Notes: generated from the letters alone by a model not told the origin. DNA of 64,000 nucleotides from Octopus sinensis (GCF_006345805.1 NC_043003.1:3348001-3412000); one strand, 5' to 3'; positions 12,995 to 26,026 are shown, numbered from the stretch's first letter. Numbers and translations are program-made.

Positions 12995-15235
12995 TATGTG
13001 CTTAAGAAGTTCATTTTGCAGCCATGTGATTCCCCATTCTATTTTATTGAATTCAATCTTTTGTAAATGGTTTCCATTGTAGCCCTGACTTGACCAATGT
13101 CCTGTGAGTGAAATTTGATTGGTGGGAACTGTGCAGATGTTTGTGGGGGTGCATAACAACACATTATGTATCTAGGTGCACCTATTTACACACCAAAACA
13201 TAACTTAGCCAATTGATAAATGGTATTTGATAAAACAAGTAGCAGACACAGATGGGGGTTAATAAGCCGTCTAAAAGCCTTACATTTTGGTATTGTTTAG
13301 ACTCTGACATTTGCCCTACTAAGCAGATATTTGATCAAAAGCACTCTAACCATAACCATCTTGTTTTAAAGATGGCAGTGTATGCTTGAAGAGGGATTTG
13401 GTGGCTACTTCTAGCAGACAGACTGACTTCATATATGTAGCTGTAGTAATATTTTACTGGTTTCTGTTATTGACCTGTGGCCATGCTGGAACACCACTTT
13501 CTAAAGTATTGTCAGTTACAATTTATTTTATTGACCATGGAAGGCAAGGTGGCCCTAGGTATGAATTGAACTCAGAATATAAAAAGGATTCAGCTAAATG
13601 CCACAAGGTATATCATTTGATGCTCTACTGATTTGTTATCTCATAAAACCTCTTAAACCAGTGAAAGGAAATCCACCCAGCTAGAAATACATAAATATGA
13701 GGCACCAGAAAGACCCACCACCGATACCACAGAGTCCGTCCCCAGCTGGGAACTGAACTGGCTCCTGGGGAGCATTATTGCTCTCACTCTTTTGAAGAGC
13801 TAATAGATTTGTTACATGCACATGTTTGTGTGTGTGTGTGTGTAACATCTGTTAAGATTGCTATTTGCGCTGCTTGTCTAATTAATCATCATAAACAGAA
13901 CTTGTTAATTAATAAAGTGAAGTTCACCAACAGAGGTGAGCTAAAGTTAATGTTCACTACTCATTGCACCTATCACTTTTATACCAATGGTACGATATAT
14001 GCCTCACACCACACACAAATCAAACCAAACTGAACAAACACACAGAGTCAGGCACATACACACACACGTACGGCCAGTCAAACAGACACTCGTATACAGT
14101 CAACCACACACGCTTATCCATTACAATAATTATTCTACAAGTTATCAAGTTCTACGACTTACTACTACTGTATTTAACAGTAATTATCAAAGTGAGAGAC
14201 GTCCATCAATGAGAGAGCTGTTGTTAGTAATTGCTGTGACTAACATAGTTTAAGTGTGACACTAATAAACTATTGTACTATCAAAACATTTGAGGTGAAC
14301 TAAGAAAGGAAGATCAGAGAAGAGATTAGTTTAGGGTTTGGTAAAATTACAAAGCCATTTGGCTAAAAGCATGCTTAGAGGTTTATGGTGTGTGTGTGTT
14401 ATCTGTCATGCATTCACAGTTCACTAGTACTTTCATGTTTTATAACAATCTTCAGGTGAATAGCATAGTCATAATATCAATAACAGATTACTGTTACAAC
14501 TAATGAGTACCATAACAGTATGGCATCCTAGATTTAACGTCACTGCATTGGTAAGAAGAGATAACTGTTGCAAAGTTCATGAAACAGACAAACTGAAAAA
14601 TATTGATATGAAGCTAAATATTAATAACTTTTCCATGCTAGATGGTTTGACAGGAATTGGCAAGGCGAGGAGCTGCACTAAGTTCCATTGTCCATTTTGG
14701 CATGGTTTCTACAGTTGGATGCCCTTCCTAACACCAACTACTTTACAAAGTGTACTGGGTGCTTTTTATATGGCACCAGCACCAACAGGGTTACCAAATA
14801 CCTTGTGTTATAAACCCAAACTGGAATGTCTAAGTTTAGAAGGTTTTAATCAACTAAAAATACAGTAATCTACAATACAAACAAAGATTGTTAAACTTCA
14901 ACACAACAACAGTTTTATGCAGCGAGTTGCTACAGTCTCGGCTAACTAAAAACTAGCACTGAACACGTCATGCCAGAAACAGAACAGAACTGTGCAATCA
15001 AGACACTCAAAGTCACGTGATGAAAACTAAAATCCCAACACCTTGCAAGACAAAACTTTATTTCATGGCCCCAATCCATGCAAAAAGAAATATTCCATGT
15101 TGTTTAGCTCAAGAAATAAGTACAATAATTGAAGACAAACAATTTAGAAGCAAACATTTAGCAAAAACTGAAAGAATTCTTAATTTCTCAGAAATATCTG
15201 CTACTCTAAATAAAGAATAGAATTGAAAAAATACC

Positions 15236-15469
15236 TATTTCTTTATTACCCACAAGGGGCTAAACACAGAGAAGACAAACAAGGACAGACAAAGGGATTA
15301 AGTCGATTATATCGACCCCAGTGCGTAACTGGCACTTAATTTATCGGCCCCAAAAGGATAAAAGGCAAAGTTGACCGTAGCGGAATTTGAACTCAGAATG
15401 TAACGGCAGACGAAATACCGCTAAGCATTTCGCCCGGCATGCTAACGTTTCTGCCAGCTCGCCGCCTTA
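15236..15469 (-). mobile_element. tRNA-derived SINE family 2, full length
   Basis: Head GGCGGCGAGCTGGCAGAAACGTTAGC...GAGTTCAAATTCC and central TTTT/CATCCTTTCGGGGTCGATAAA-type block; 15-bp TSD AATTGAAAAAATACC at 15221-15235 and 15470-15484. Confidence 0.9.
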
Positions 15470-15948
15470 AATTGAAAAAATACCACAAACTCAACAACCT
15501 CATATAACACAAAAAAGAATAAGATATTCATTGTTTTAACTCATAACCATATGAAAGGAGATGGTTTTACTGTAGCAAGAGAACAACTACCGATCAGTGC
15601 ACAGAGTCTACAACAGCACCAACTAATCAATAAGGAAACGGTAATTTAATCATTTAAAACACTGCCAAAACATTTTAAGTGATTATTGACCCATTTGACC
15701 AGGATGAGGACAGAAAAAGATCTCAAGAAGATTCACATAACGACAAACAATGCGGTACTTGTCAATGGTGGAGTTACTACTGTACTTGTAAGTACCATAG
15801 TAACTACACCATGAGAATGGAATTAGACTGGTTGGTGGTACTTGATGTGGTGCTCGAAACTCACCGGTAACAGTTGTACATCTAACTGTACACACAACAT
15901 ATACTATGTACAAATAAATACACACACACACACAAATATATATATATA

Positions 15949-16110
15949 GGCACAGGTGTGGCTGCGTGGTAAGTAGCTTGCTTACCAACCACATGGTTCT
16001 GGGTTCAGTCCCACTGTGTGGCACCTTGGGCAAGTGTCTTCTACTATAGCCTCGGGCCGACCAAAGCCTTGTGAGTGGATTTGGTAGACGGAAACTGAAA
16101 GAAGCCGGTC

Positions 16111-16155
<45 letters not shown>

Positions 16156-16394
16156 CATATATATATACACACACATATGTATGTATTTGTGTGTATATGT
16201 TTGTGTCTGTGCTTGTCTGCCCCCCAACATCATTTGACAACCGATGCTGGTGTGTTTACGTCCCCCGTAACTTAGCAGTTCAGCTAAAGAGACTGATAGA
16301 ATAAATACTGGGCTTACAAAAAATAAGTTCTGGGGTCGATGTGCTTGACTAAAGCAGACATTCCAGCATGGCTGCAGTCAAATGACTGAAACAA

Positions 16395-16397
<3 letters not shown>
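15949..16397 (+). mobile_element. tRNA-derived SINE family 1 (CORE-like CACCTTGGGCAAGTG block, internal TA/TG microsatellite); other full or partial copies at about 840-1180, 1280-1580, 3100-3240, 6840-7005, 16812-17194, 27120-27480, 28270-28625, 47000-47280, 52340-52640, 55360-55700, 61890-62040, 63120-63490
   Basis: A-box-like TGGCTGTGTGGTAAG, B-box-like GGTTCAGTCCC, and a shared 3' half ending ...GCATGGCCGCAGTCAAATGACTGAAACAAGT. Confidence 0.88.
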
Positions 16398-16455
<58 letters not shown>

Positions 16456-16597
16456 CTACTGTTGCTACATAATATTTCTCACTCACAGATTTAAAACTCG
16501 TTTTTTTTCCTCTTTAGAAGGTCAGTGACTGTGTGTCACTTTAAAAGTATATACTGTAAGCAAGAGTGAGTGGCTGCTATCTGTAGCTGGCGGTTGT

Positions 16598-16643
16598 CCT
16601 GTACCGATGAAGAGAAATTACTCAGAAACCATTGCTCTACAGG
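16598..16643 (+). ncRNA. Hammerhead motif, family-A relative, partly decayed
   Basis: CCUGUA-CCGAUGA-A-GAG(AAAUUA)CUC-A-GAAA-CCAUUGC-UC|UACAGG. Stems covary relative to family A; U4C and a stem III mismatch. Confidence 0.6.
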
Positions 16644-17190
16644 TATTGCTACGGCTAGAAAGAGGCAGTAAACTCCCTTGCTCACAGTATATGGACACAG
16701 ATCACGTGTCAGTAGCCAGCTGGAAAAGATGTTTTTCTGGGGCTAAAAAGTAGTAACATCGTCCTGCGTAGGACTGCCACGTTGTGTTGGCAAAAAGACT
16801 TTACATATATTCTTTTATTTGTTTCAGTCATTTGACTGTGGCCATGCTGGAACACCACCTTTAGTTGAACAAATCGATCCCAGGACTTATCTTTTGTAAG
16901 CCTAGTACTTATCCTATCAGTCTCTTTTGCTGAACCTCTAAGTTACAGGGACATAAACACACCAATCTCAGTTGTCAAGTGACAGTGAGGGGGGACAAAC
17001 ACAGACACACAAACATGCATATATAAATATATATGACAGGCTTCTTTCAGTTTCCATCTACCAAATCTACTCACAAGGCTTTGGTCAGCCTGAGGCTATA
17101 GTAGAAGACACTTGCCCGAGGTTCCACACAGTGGGACTGAACAGAGAACTAAGTGGTTGGGAAGCAAATTTCTTACCACACAGCCATGCC

Positions 17191-17237
<47 letters not shown>

Positions 17238-19999
17238 CAAACTGGAAATGCGCTGACTGAATGTGTGTGGATACACAAACAGCAGCAAATTAGAAAGATT
17301 CCATGAAGGTAACATCTGGATAACTACTTTTAAAGTATTTACTTTTTTTAAATGAAGAGAGAGTGTAACATTAGAAGGTCTGTTACAGAGAAATATTTTA
17401 CTGAAAAATTCCAACCAAAATAAATGGACGACATCATCACCACCACCACCACCACTATCATTAGGAACATTTCACTTCATTTCAATGTTTTCCAATTTGC
17501 CTCTATTTCATGATCAATCAAGCAATAACCTCCCCTTGCTGATACTTTGATATCGAGATTATTCTATTCTCTCATTACAACAAGAACCACCTCTTACCAA
17601 TACTAGGTTGTTATTTCTGGGACACTGCGTAAATTCAATACAACAAAGCTATTCATCTTATGAATGTTGTTACTGCAAAACATTGAAGTACTACTTAATT
17701 GTGAATACATGTTTCAGAATATGGTTATGTTGAAATCTTTAATGATTAAATACGCTTTCATTGAACATAGATTTTCTAACACACGCACATATCAATCATC
17801 TTCATTTAATGCCTGGCTTTTGTGCTAGGATGGGTTGGTTGGACAGTTCAACAGGGTTCGGCAAACTGGAGGACTGTGACATGCTCCAGTATTCACTCTG
17901 CCCTTCAGTAAAGCCAACCATTTTACAAAGTGGACTGGGCATTTTTTGTAGCACCAGCACTAGTGATGACCAACTTAAAACTCATTGGGTTAAGGGCTTA
18001 ATGTGAGCTCTATAACTAAGAGAAGGGCCTTCTCTAGATCAACAAACATCAGGTATAGGGGCTTGAATCTGGAGAAGGTAGGATGACAAGGAAGTGTAAG
18101 ATGAGAAGAATAGATTTTATAGACGAAAGGGTGGTAGAGGGGAGAGTAAGAGGAAGGGGGAATATGGCAGGGGGACAGGAATGGAGTACTACCAGGGATT
18201 ATTGAGAAAAGAAGAGAGTGGAATGATCATGGCCGTTGCCAGCTTCCCCTGGCACCTGTGCTGGTGGCACGTAAAAAGTACCATCTGTATGTGGTCGATG
18301 CCAGCGCCACCTTGACTGGCTTCCGTGCCGGTGGCACGTAAAAAGCACCCACTACACTCACAGATCAGACTGGAGCCTGGTGCAGCCTTCTGGCTTCCCA
18401 GACCCCGGTCAAACCGTCCAACCCATGCTAGCATGGAAAGTGGACGTTAAACGATGATGATGATGATGATAATGATGATAGAAAGGTGACTGGGTAGGTT
18501 GTGTGTGTATCAGGTCCAGGGATATCCTACATTATAAGAGTGAATATACAAATGTGAGAAGTGGGTAGGAAGGGATGAACAGACTAGGGTGGAGAGGAAT
18601 CCCGAGGGAGTTCTCTGAAGGGAAGAGAGGTGTGGGAGTAGGCAAGAAGAGGAGGGAAAGCTGAGAAGGGGTTTGGGGAGGTGAAGCTGTGGGGAAAAGA
18701 GAGTAGTAAGAGAAACTCCTGTAGAGAGTGAGGGAGTAGTGGGTGAGAGCAATAAGAGAAATAAAGGAAAGGGAGCCTAAATGTAGGGAGAAGAAGGGCC
18801 ATGGAAACATCCCAGATGAGGAGGCAAAGGGAAGAGGGGAGGGGGAAAACTAGGTTCAGTGAGTGCAGTGAGAAAGACAAAGGCCACCTCTGCCGCCAAC
18901 AAAGGGTTTCTCACTAAACATCAACAGCAAATTGCATGATACTTGTGGCCAAAATAGGGGGTTACATGTTAGTGACTTAAGGGTCTTGAACGCAATCAGT
19001 TTTTAAACTCCTCTGTTATGGCTCAGAGGATTTTTTAATGAACAGAAGGGAGTTGAGCCCTAAGCCTTGATGCACCTTTACCTTTGTGCTAAATCCATCA
19101 CTATGCTATTTAATAAGCCTCAACCTTACAAGCAGTGCTTCTGTACATGGTTTGTACAGATGTCACAAGCCATTCATATTCTCCAAGATTTCTCAATGAC
19201 CACCAAATCACAGAGTGTGGAACCCGGTGAAAGGCCTTCTCTAGGTCAACAAATATCAGGTATAGGGGGCTAGAATCAGGCTAGAGACCTTTTCCACAGC
19301 TGTTTCACAAGAAAGATGGCATCAGAAGTACTTTTCTCTGGTACAAAATCAAACTGCATTGCCTCTCTGTAAATTCTCGCCCTAATCATTGTACTAAACC
19401 TTTTCAATAATTTTCGTAACCTGTTCCAACCTGTGTGTGGGAGTGAGTGGGAGGGAGAGAGAAAGAGGGAGAGAGAGAGAGAGGGAGAAAGGGAGAGTGA
19501 GAAAGAGACAGAGAGAGGAGAGAGAGGGAGAGAGTGTGTGTATAAAGATTGAGAGATCAAATAATATTGTGATATTGATCTCAGAGCAAGGGCGTTGTTG
19601 TTTTTAGTGATTTTGGCTTACTTTCTCTCTTGCAACTGTCATTCTGTTTGCTCTGTGTCAACGTTTAAATAATTTTTCAAGTAAATAACAAGAAAATGCT
19701 TATAATGGCACAGAAGCGGAACCATTTATCAAGTGTGTGTAAATGGTGTCTCTAAATTGCAGGAGCTGTTTCTTGAGAAAATCTGTAGAAACAGACCAAA
19801 TGCATTCGTAATGAAGTGTCCACACAATGCCAGAAGTAATAATGGTACCACTTTATATAAATGAGGCCATTAGAGCACTGACAAACTAAATTAATTGAAA
19901 TATAAAAGCTGCCCGCTTCACTGAGCTACTGGAGAGACGGACAAACAGACAGACATTGCACTAACCACATTGTCGGAGAAGTACAAACCATGAAGAGAT

Positions 20000-21825
20000 G
20001 GTTTTAACATATACTGATGGCATCAATACAAGCTTTCTCCAGGTCAACGAAGGCTAAGGACAATGGCTTACTTTTGGCCAAGTACTTTTCTTGCAGCTGT
20101 CTTACTGGGAAGCTGGCATCTGTGGTACTCTTCCCAGGTATAAAACCAAACTGCATCTCATCTAGTTTAATTCTATTTCTAATCAATTGACCTATAACCC
20201 TCTCAGTAATTTTCATGACTTGGTCCAGCAGTTTAATACCTCTGTAGTTGTTTCTGTCTAAGGCATCACCTTTACCCTTATAGCAGCATCAAGTAATGCT
20301 ACTACACCAGTCGTTGGGGAGGGTGCCTTCCTGAATAACCTGATTAACTATACAGGTGATGAAGCTGTATCCTATGCCACCAGAAATTTTAATCCTCTCA
20401 GCAGTGATTCCTGATGGCCCAGGGTCTTTCCCCATCTTTATGTCCTTAATTGCCTTATCTAGTATACTGTTATCAACCCTGATGGCTGGTCCCTCAATTG
20501 GTCTGATAGTTGGTAAACTCTCCTTCTCCCATTCATTTTCCACGTTTAGTAACCTTTCATAGTGACACTTCCATGCATCTCTGAGTCACAAAGTGCAAGA
20601 ATACCCATTTATTTACTACCCACAAGGGGCTAAACACAGAGAGGACAAACAAGGACAGACAAACGGATTAAGTCGATTATATCGACCCCAGTATGTAACT
20701 GGTACTTATTTAATCGATCCCGAAAGGATGAAAGGCAAAGTCGACCTTGGCGGAATTTGAACTCAAAACGCAGCGGTGGACGAAATACCACAAAGCATTT
20801 CACCCGGCGTGCTAACGTTTCTGTCAGTTCGCCGCCTTAAGTGCAAGAATACTATTATCCATTTGCACACATTTCTCACCTACCACATCTCTATCCTCTC
20901 TGATACACTACTTTGCAATCCTGAACACCTCACGCCTCTGATCCCCCTTTTGCTATGTATACCTGACGCCTTGCTGCCCTTTTGGCTACCTCATATAATT
21001 CTCTGCTTCCACCATTTTTGTATTCTTTCCAGGCCTCCTTACTCCACCACCATGTTACCTTTCGTCTAGCTGGAACTCTGTACCAACCACAGATTTCGTC
21101 CATAGCCCTCAGGAGATTGTCCCACAGGAACTTCCAGTTATCCTCTACACTATATGTCCCCTAAGTCTTCCTCTCTTTCATCAGAATCTTCCATTTGCAA
21201 ATCTTTGCATTTTTGTCTGTCTGCTGGGTCTTTGAGCTTCCATAGTCTCCCTTTCCAGATTGGCTTATTTCTCCAGGTCTTTCTAGCTCTAATTCTGAAG
21301 TCACTAACTAGTAACCCATGCTGGGTTGTACACTCTTCACCTGGGAAAGACTTTGCATTTTTAAGCATCCATCTATCTCGTTGCCTGGTGAGGAGGAAGT
21401 CAATCTGGCTTATGTGCTCATCAGACTGATCAGGGATTAGGTGGTTGGCTGGTTTTCTGAATTTAGCTTTGCAGATCATGAGATCGTTTGCATCGCAGAA
21501 CTCCAGCAGTCTTGTTCCCTCCTTGTTTCTAGGTCCAAAGCCATAGCCCCTATGCACTGCCTGGAATCCATGGGCATGCTGTCCAACATGTCCATTGAAG
21601 TCACCAACCACAATAACAAAGTCTTTGTCATTTGTTGTTGAGGGGGGCTGCAAAAGGATCTCATAGAATCGGTCCTTCTGCTCATAAGTCAGCCCAGATT
21701 GAGGAGCACAAGCAAACTATTAATTTACCTATGATAAGCCTCATCTTAAATACCCTATCACATACTCTGACTATCTCAATTACCTTATCTACCCACTTTT
21801 CTGCTAACGGTATGCCTACTCCACC
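20000..21825 (-). mobile_element. Degraded RTE-clade LINE (AP endonuclease to RT N-terminus), interrupted by a SINE at 20605-20838; extra RT fragments at about 18020-18090 and 19230-19400
   Basis: ORFs with VVGDFNGHVG, GFG.RN.EG.RLLEFC, QIDF.L, GEEC..QH.L, QFGF.PGKSTTDA.F.VRQLQEKY and LAFVDLEKA. Confidence 0.93.
20605..20838 (-). mobile_element. tRNA-derived SINE family 2 nested in the RTE
   Basis: 14-bp TSD AAGTGCAAGAATAC at 20591-20604 and 20839-20852. Confidence 0.9.
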
Positions 21826-22610
21826 CATTCCATGCTTATTTTATCGACCCCTGAAATGATAATAATAATGGATAAAAAAACAGTAGCTGAGAAGACTACA
21901 ATTCTATCTATATAGAATTCCATGGAAAAATTAGATGGGTGTCCATGGAGGCTTTGCTATCAGAAGAATATAAACCAAAATAAGAGCAGAAGATACAAAA
22001 ACACGAAATTAATGACAAAATCTTCTGAACTTCAAAGGTGAATAATTTTTAAACATCAATGTCCCAAAATCCATTGCAACCAAAATCAAAGCATGCAAAA
22101 CATGCCATTCTACAATCATCTCATTCTAAGAAGGATGGAGACAACTTTGAAACAGTCATGGAATTAATGGATTTAGGAATGGTCAGGTTCTAAGTTGAAC
22201 ATAAAGAACTAACAGAAAACATGAAAAATCTTGATAAGAAAAATCAAACAAACATAATCAGGTCTTAAATACACCCCAAACATACACCCAGAACTACGCT
22301 AAGAGCTTAGGGGTGAAATTTAGGATTTCTCAGTTTGCTGAGAATCAATTTTGGTAAACCTTTTCCCTGCTGGTTTGCACACTATGCTAACACCATTGTT
22401 ATGTTTTCATTATTCTGTGTAACGTCCTTTCTTTTTTATTTCAGATTCTTCAGTTTTTGGGTGAACCACGCAAATAGCTTTTGAACGAAAATAACCCATC
22501 TAGACATTTCTTTTCAGAAAATGAACAGTAACGATACATATTATGCAGATATTGAGTATATATTTAACAGAAAACCATAATAATATTATAACATTTATTG
22601 ACATAATGAA

Positions 22611-23440
22611 TTATTTAGCCACATGAGAGCCATTTCGATGGATAACTTCAAAAACCCTATTAGTCATGGAATCGATCAATTCCTTAATAGCAGCAGGTTG
22701 GACTGCCTCTGCAGCAGGTTTGATGGTCGCCCATAAGACATCTTTTGATGTAAATTGGTGTCCATCGGCATAAATATCTTGTTTAATGATGGACCAAAGA
22801 TTTTTGATAGGGTTAAGATCCGTAGATGCTAGCAGCCACACCATCAATCTTTCACCTTGTATGCCATAAGACCCTAGGAAAGTTTGGGTGGTCTTGGCAG
22901 AGTGGGAGGGAGTGATGTCATGCATGAATACGAGATTCTTTAGAAGTGACAGTGGTGTCATCTCGCCAGGGATCATTCAGGAGATGGCAGTAGGCAGCTG
23001 CAGTCCCTTTAACCTCTTCAGGCACCCTGACTGGGACAACAAGTCTTTCTCCAATGATACCAGCCCATAACATCACTCCTCCAGCCTGTTGTTGATGTCA
23101 TAAATGTTGGTAATGCTCATCTCCAAAACAGACCCAACCGTCAGGTTCATCAAGGGCTGCCCTGGTTTCATCAGAGAACAGAGCACAGCTCCTGTCTAAT
23201 ATCATGTACTTTTGGGCCCATTCAAGCCTCAAACTCCTGTGAGGGTGTAGTTTCAGGGGTTCCTGCATGGAAGCCATTGTCCTGAGGATGCAATTTCTGG
23301 TGGTTTTTGGAACATGAAGTCTGGCGGCAGTGAAAATGGTTTTGCTTGTTTGTGCAGGTTCCCTACATAACTTGCGGCCAATATGCTTTAAATCCCTAGC
23401 TGTCACGGTCTTGAAGGCCCCACAATCGGATCGTTTCATC
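22611..23440 (-). mobile_element. Degraded Tc1/mariner transposase
   Basis: RLEWAQKY..LFSDETR..LD.PDGW, FMHD.TPSH and DLNPIKNLWSIIK (DDE motifs, one decayed); frameshifted and internally deleted. Confidence 0.9.
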
Positions 23441-24930
23441 CTTGGCTCTCATGTGGCTAAAGAATTCGTTATGTCAAGAAATGTTATAATATTATTATGG
23501 TTTTCTGCTAAATATATACTCAATGTATGATCTCAACCCTCTTTTTTAATTGGTAACATCTGGTATATTTAAAGTTCTTATTTACAAAAACTGTTTTCAA
23601 AAATTTCTGTTTAGGCTCCTGTATAATGAATAATTGAAAAAACTATTCAGGATTCTCACTAAAATATAATAATGTGGAAGTTTGACATTTATTAACAAAT
23701 TAATATAAAATTTATTTGATAAAGTGTTTGACATGACACGTTTTCTTTGACATGTTTCAACTATAAAACATCTGGTCTTATGTCTATAGCTGATTGTAAT
23801 GTTTATTTTGTAGTATTCTGCAATATACACCAGAATAAACATTACAAGCAGCTAGGGATAGAATGGCTCACTTATAATCTTTTTTGAAAACACTTTCATA
23901 TTTAATAGTATTTTAAGATGGAGATGCAACCAATACAAATTGAAAACACTTATGAAATCAAAATTATATTTATTTATCAATCATACATCACATGATATCA
24001 TTACATAACACAACAATCCTCTCTTGAAGTTACTACAATACCAGATATACCATTTAGAGAGTGTAGGGAATCTTTCATAAGGGAACAACCTGCATGGTGT
24101 GCCAGCAATGAGAACAGAAATTCAATGATTTACAGTTAAATTTCATCTATTCAACCAACAAACACCTGCACAAGCTTAGATCACCAATTTTCCAAACTAA
24201 TTAACTCGTAAGCCTTTTTTGTGGATAGTAACCATTAGACCCAGCAACAGCAAAATAACAACAGAGTGCACATCAAGAACAATTATGAACCTAGTTTACT
24301 GTCTACCAAAAGTCATTGTATACCAAACACCTAGTTGTTCAGAAAGACAGAATACAAGCAGATAGACTGGCATTTTACCAGCAGTCATAGAAGCAGATCA
24401 GCTGTAAGTACCAACAAGTTGAGCAATAGATGAGTTTTACAAACAGCTCAGGCCCCACTTTTACCAGCACCCAAGAAACTGGAATGTAGAAGAACAACCG
24501 TAGCTATGCAGTGAAACAGAGACGACTTTTCACAGCCAACAATTTTCATGTGCAGAGCATTTTACAAATGAACTGTATGACCTCCTTACCCTCTAACTTT
24601 TACTTAGAGTACATACAACTGGAATGTAAATTTATATGTACATTTTAAACTACAAAGGTTACTATAAAGTCACAAACCTTTCCTTGTGCTTGTTATATGC
24701 ACATAAACATACACGTTCTGTTGGTACCCCTTTCGACTCACTTTGTTGTACACACAAACACACACTTCATGGACAAGCATTGTAGATTACCAAACTCATT
24801 TTCGTAATTACTAGCAGTTCCTCATTTAAATGATTTTACTGTCAATCACACTTATCACAGCTAAATTAATTTATAGACAGGTACAAAAGATATTTTCCTG
24901 TTTGGTGAGAATAAAACCATCTTCACAAAT

Positions 24931-25335
24931 CTCTTACTCTTTTACTCTTTTACTTGTTTCAGTCATTTGACTGCGGCCATGCTGGAGCACCACCTTTAGT
25001 CGAGCAAATCGACCCCGGAACTTATTCTTTGTAAGCCCAGTACTTATTCTATCGGTCTCTTTTGCCGAACCGCTAAGTGACGGGGACGTAAACACACCAG
25101 CATCGGTTGTCATGCAATGCTAGGGGGACAAACACAGACACACAAACACACACACATATATATACATATATACGACAGGCTTCTTTCAGTTTCCGTCTAC
25201 CAAATCCACTCACAAGGCATTAGTCGGCCCGGGGCTATAGCAGAAAGCACTTGCCCAAGATGCCACACAGTGGGACTGAACCCGGAACCATGTGGTTGGT
25301 TAGCAAGCTACTTACCACACAGCCACTCCTGCGCC
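24931..25335 (-). mobile_element. SINE family 1, full length
   Basis: Head GGCGCAGGAGTGGCTGTGTGG and (AAGAGT)n tail. Confidence 0.9.
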
Positions 25336-25605
25336 CGCTTCAGCGTTTTGTCTTTGGTTTGTCTTTTGGTTCACTGTAAGACCAATGTGTATAAGACTAG
25401 CAATCCAGTCGATTCAGTTAAGGGAAGAGCCTGTTTGTGGCCGAGTATTCCATTGACACACGTACCCTTTATGTAGTTCTTATAGAGATTCAACATGACA
25501 CAGGCTGTGTCAAGGCTGGCCCTTTGAAATACAGCTACTACTTATTTTTACTAGCAGAAAGCAGTGGAGCAAGATGAAATGAAGTGTCTTGCTCAATGAC
25601 ACAAT

Positions 25606-26026
25606 GGCGCAGGAGTGGCTGTGTGGTAAGTAACTTGCTTACCAACCACATGGTTCCGGGTTCAGTCCCACTGCGTGGCACCTTGGGCAAGTGTCTTCTA
25701 CTATAGCCTCGGGCCGACCAAAGCCTTGTGAGTAGATTTGGTAGACGGAAACTGAAAGAAGCCCATCGTATGTATATATATATATATTTATGTGTGTGTG
25801 GGCGTGTATGTTTGTGTGTCTGTGTTTGTCCCCCTAGCATTGTTTGACAACCGATGCTGGAGTGTTTATGTCCCTGTCACTTAGCGGTTCAGCAAAAAGA
25901 GACCGATAGAATAAGTACTGGGCTTACAAAGAATAAGTCCCGGGGTCGAGTTGCTCGATTAAAGGCAGTGCTCCAGCATGGCCGCAGTCAAATGACTGAA
26001 ACAAGTAAAAGAGAGTAAAGAGTAAA
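25606..26026 (+). mobile_element. SINE family 1, full length, head-to-head with the previous copy
   Basis: Same head and tail as 24931-25335, inverted, about 270 bp apart. Confidence 0.9.

Larger units (their letters stand above)
9581..13657. repeat. Inverted segmental duplication: arms 9581-9936 and 13284-13657, spacer about 3.35 kb
   Basis: 5 substitutions in 356 aligned bp plus one 18-bp indel flanked by AAGCA microhomology. ORFs 9607..9852(-) and 13386..13631(+) translate almost identically. Confidence 0.92.

Noticed and set aside
15680-15890. Thr/Ser-rich segment with a strong minus-strand G|GTGAGT donor at 15865
   Set aside because: No start codon in the required phase, no ELOVL similarity, and stops in the Thr-rich frames.
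18490-18880. Overlapping L/P/S/F-rich ORFs
   Set aside because: Product of a purine-rich low-complexity repeat segment; no domain motifs.
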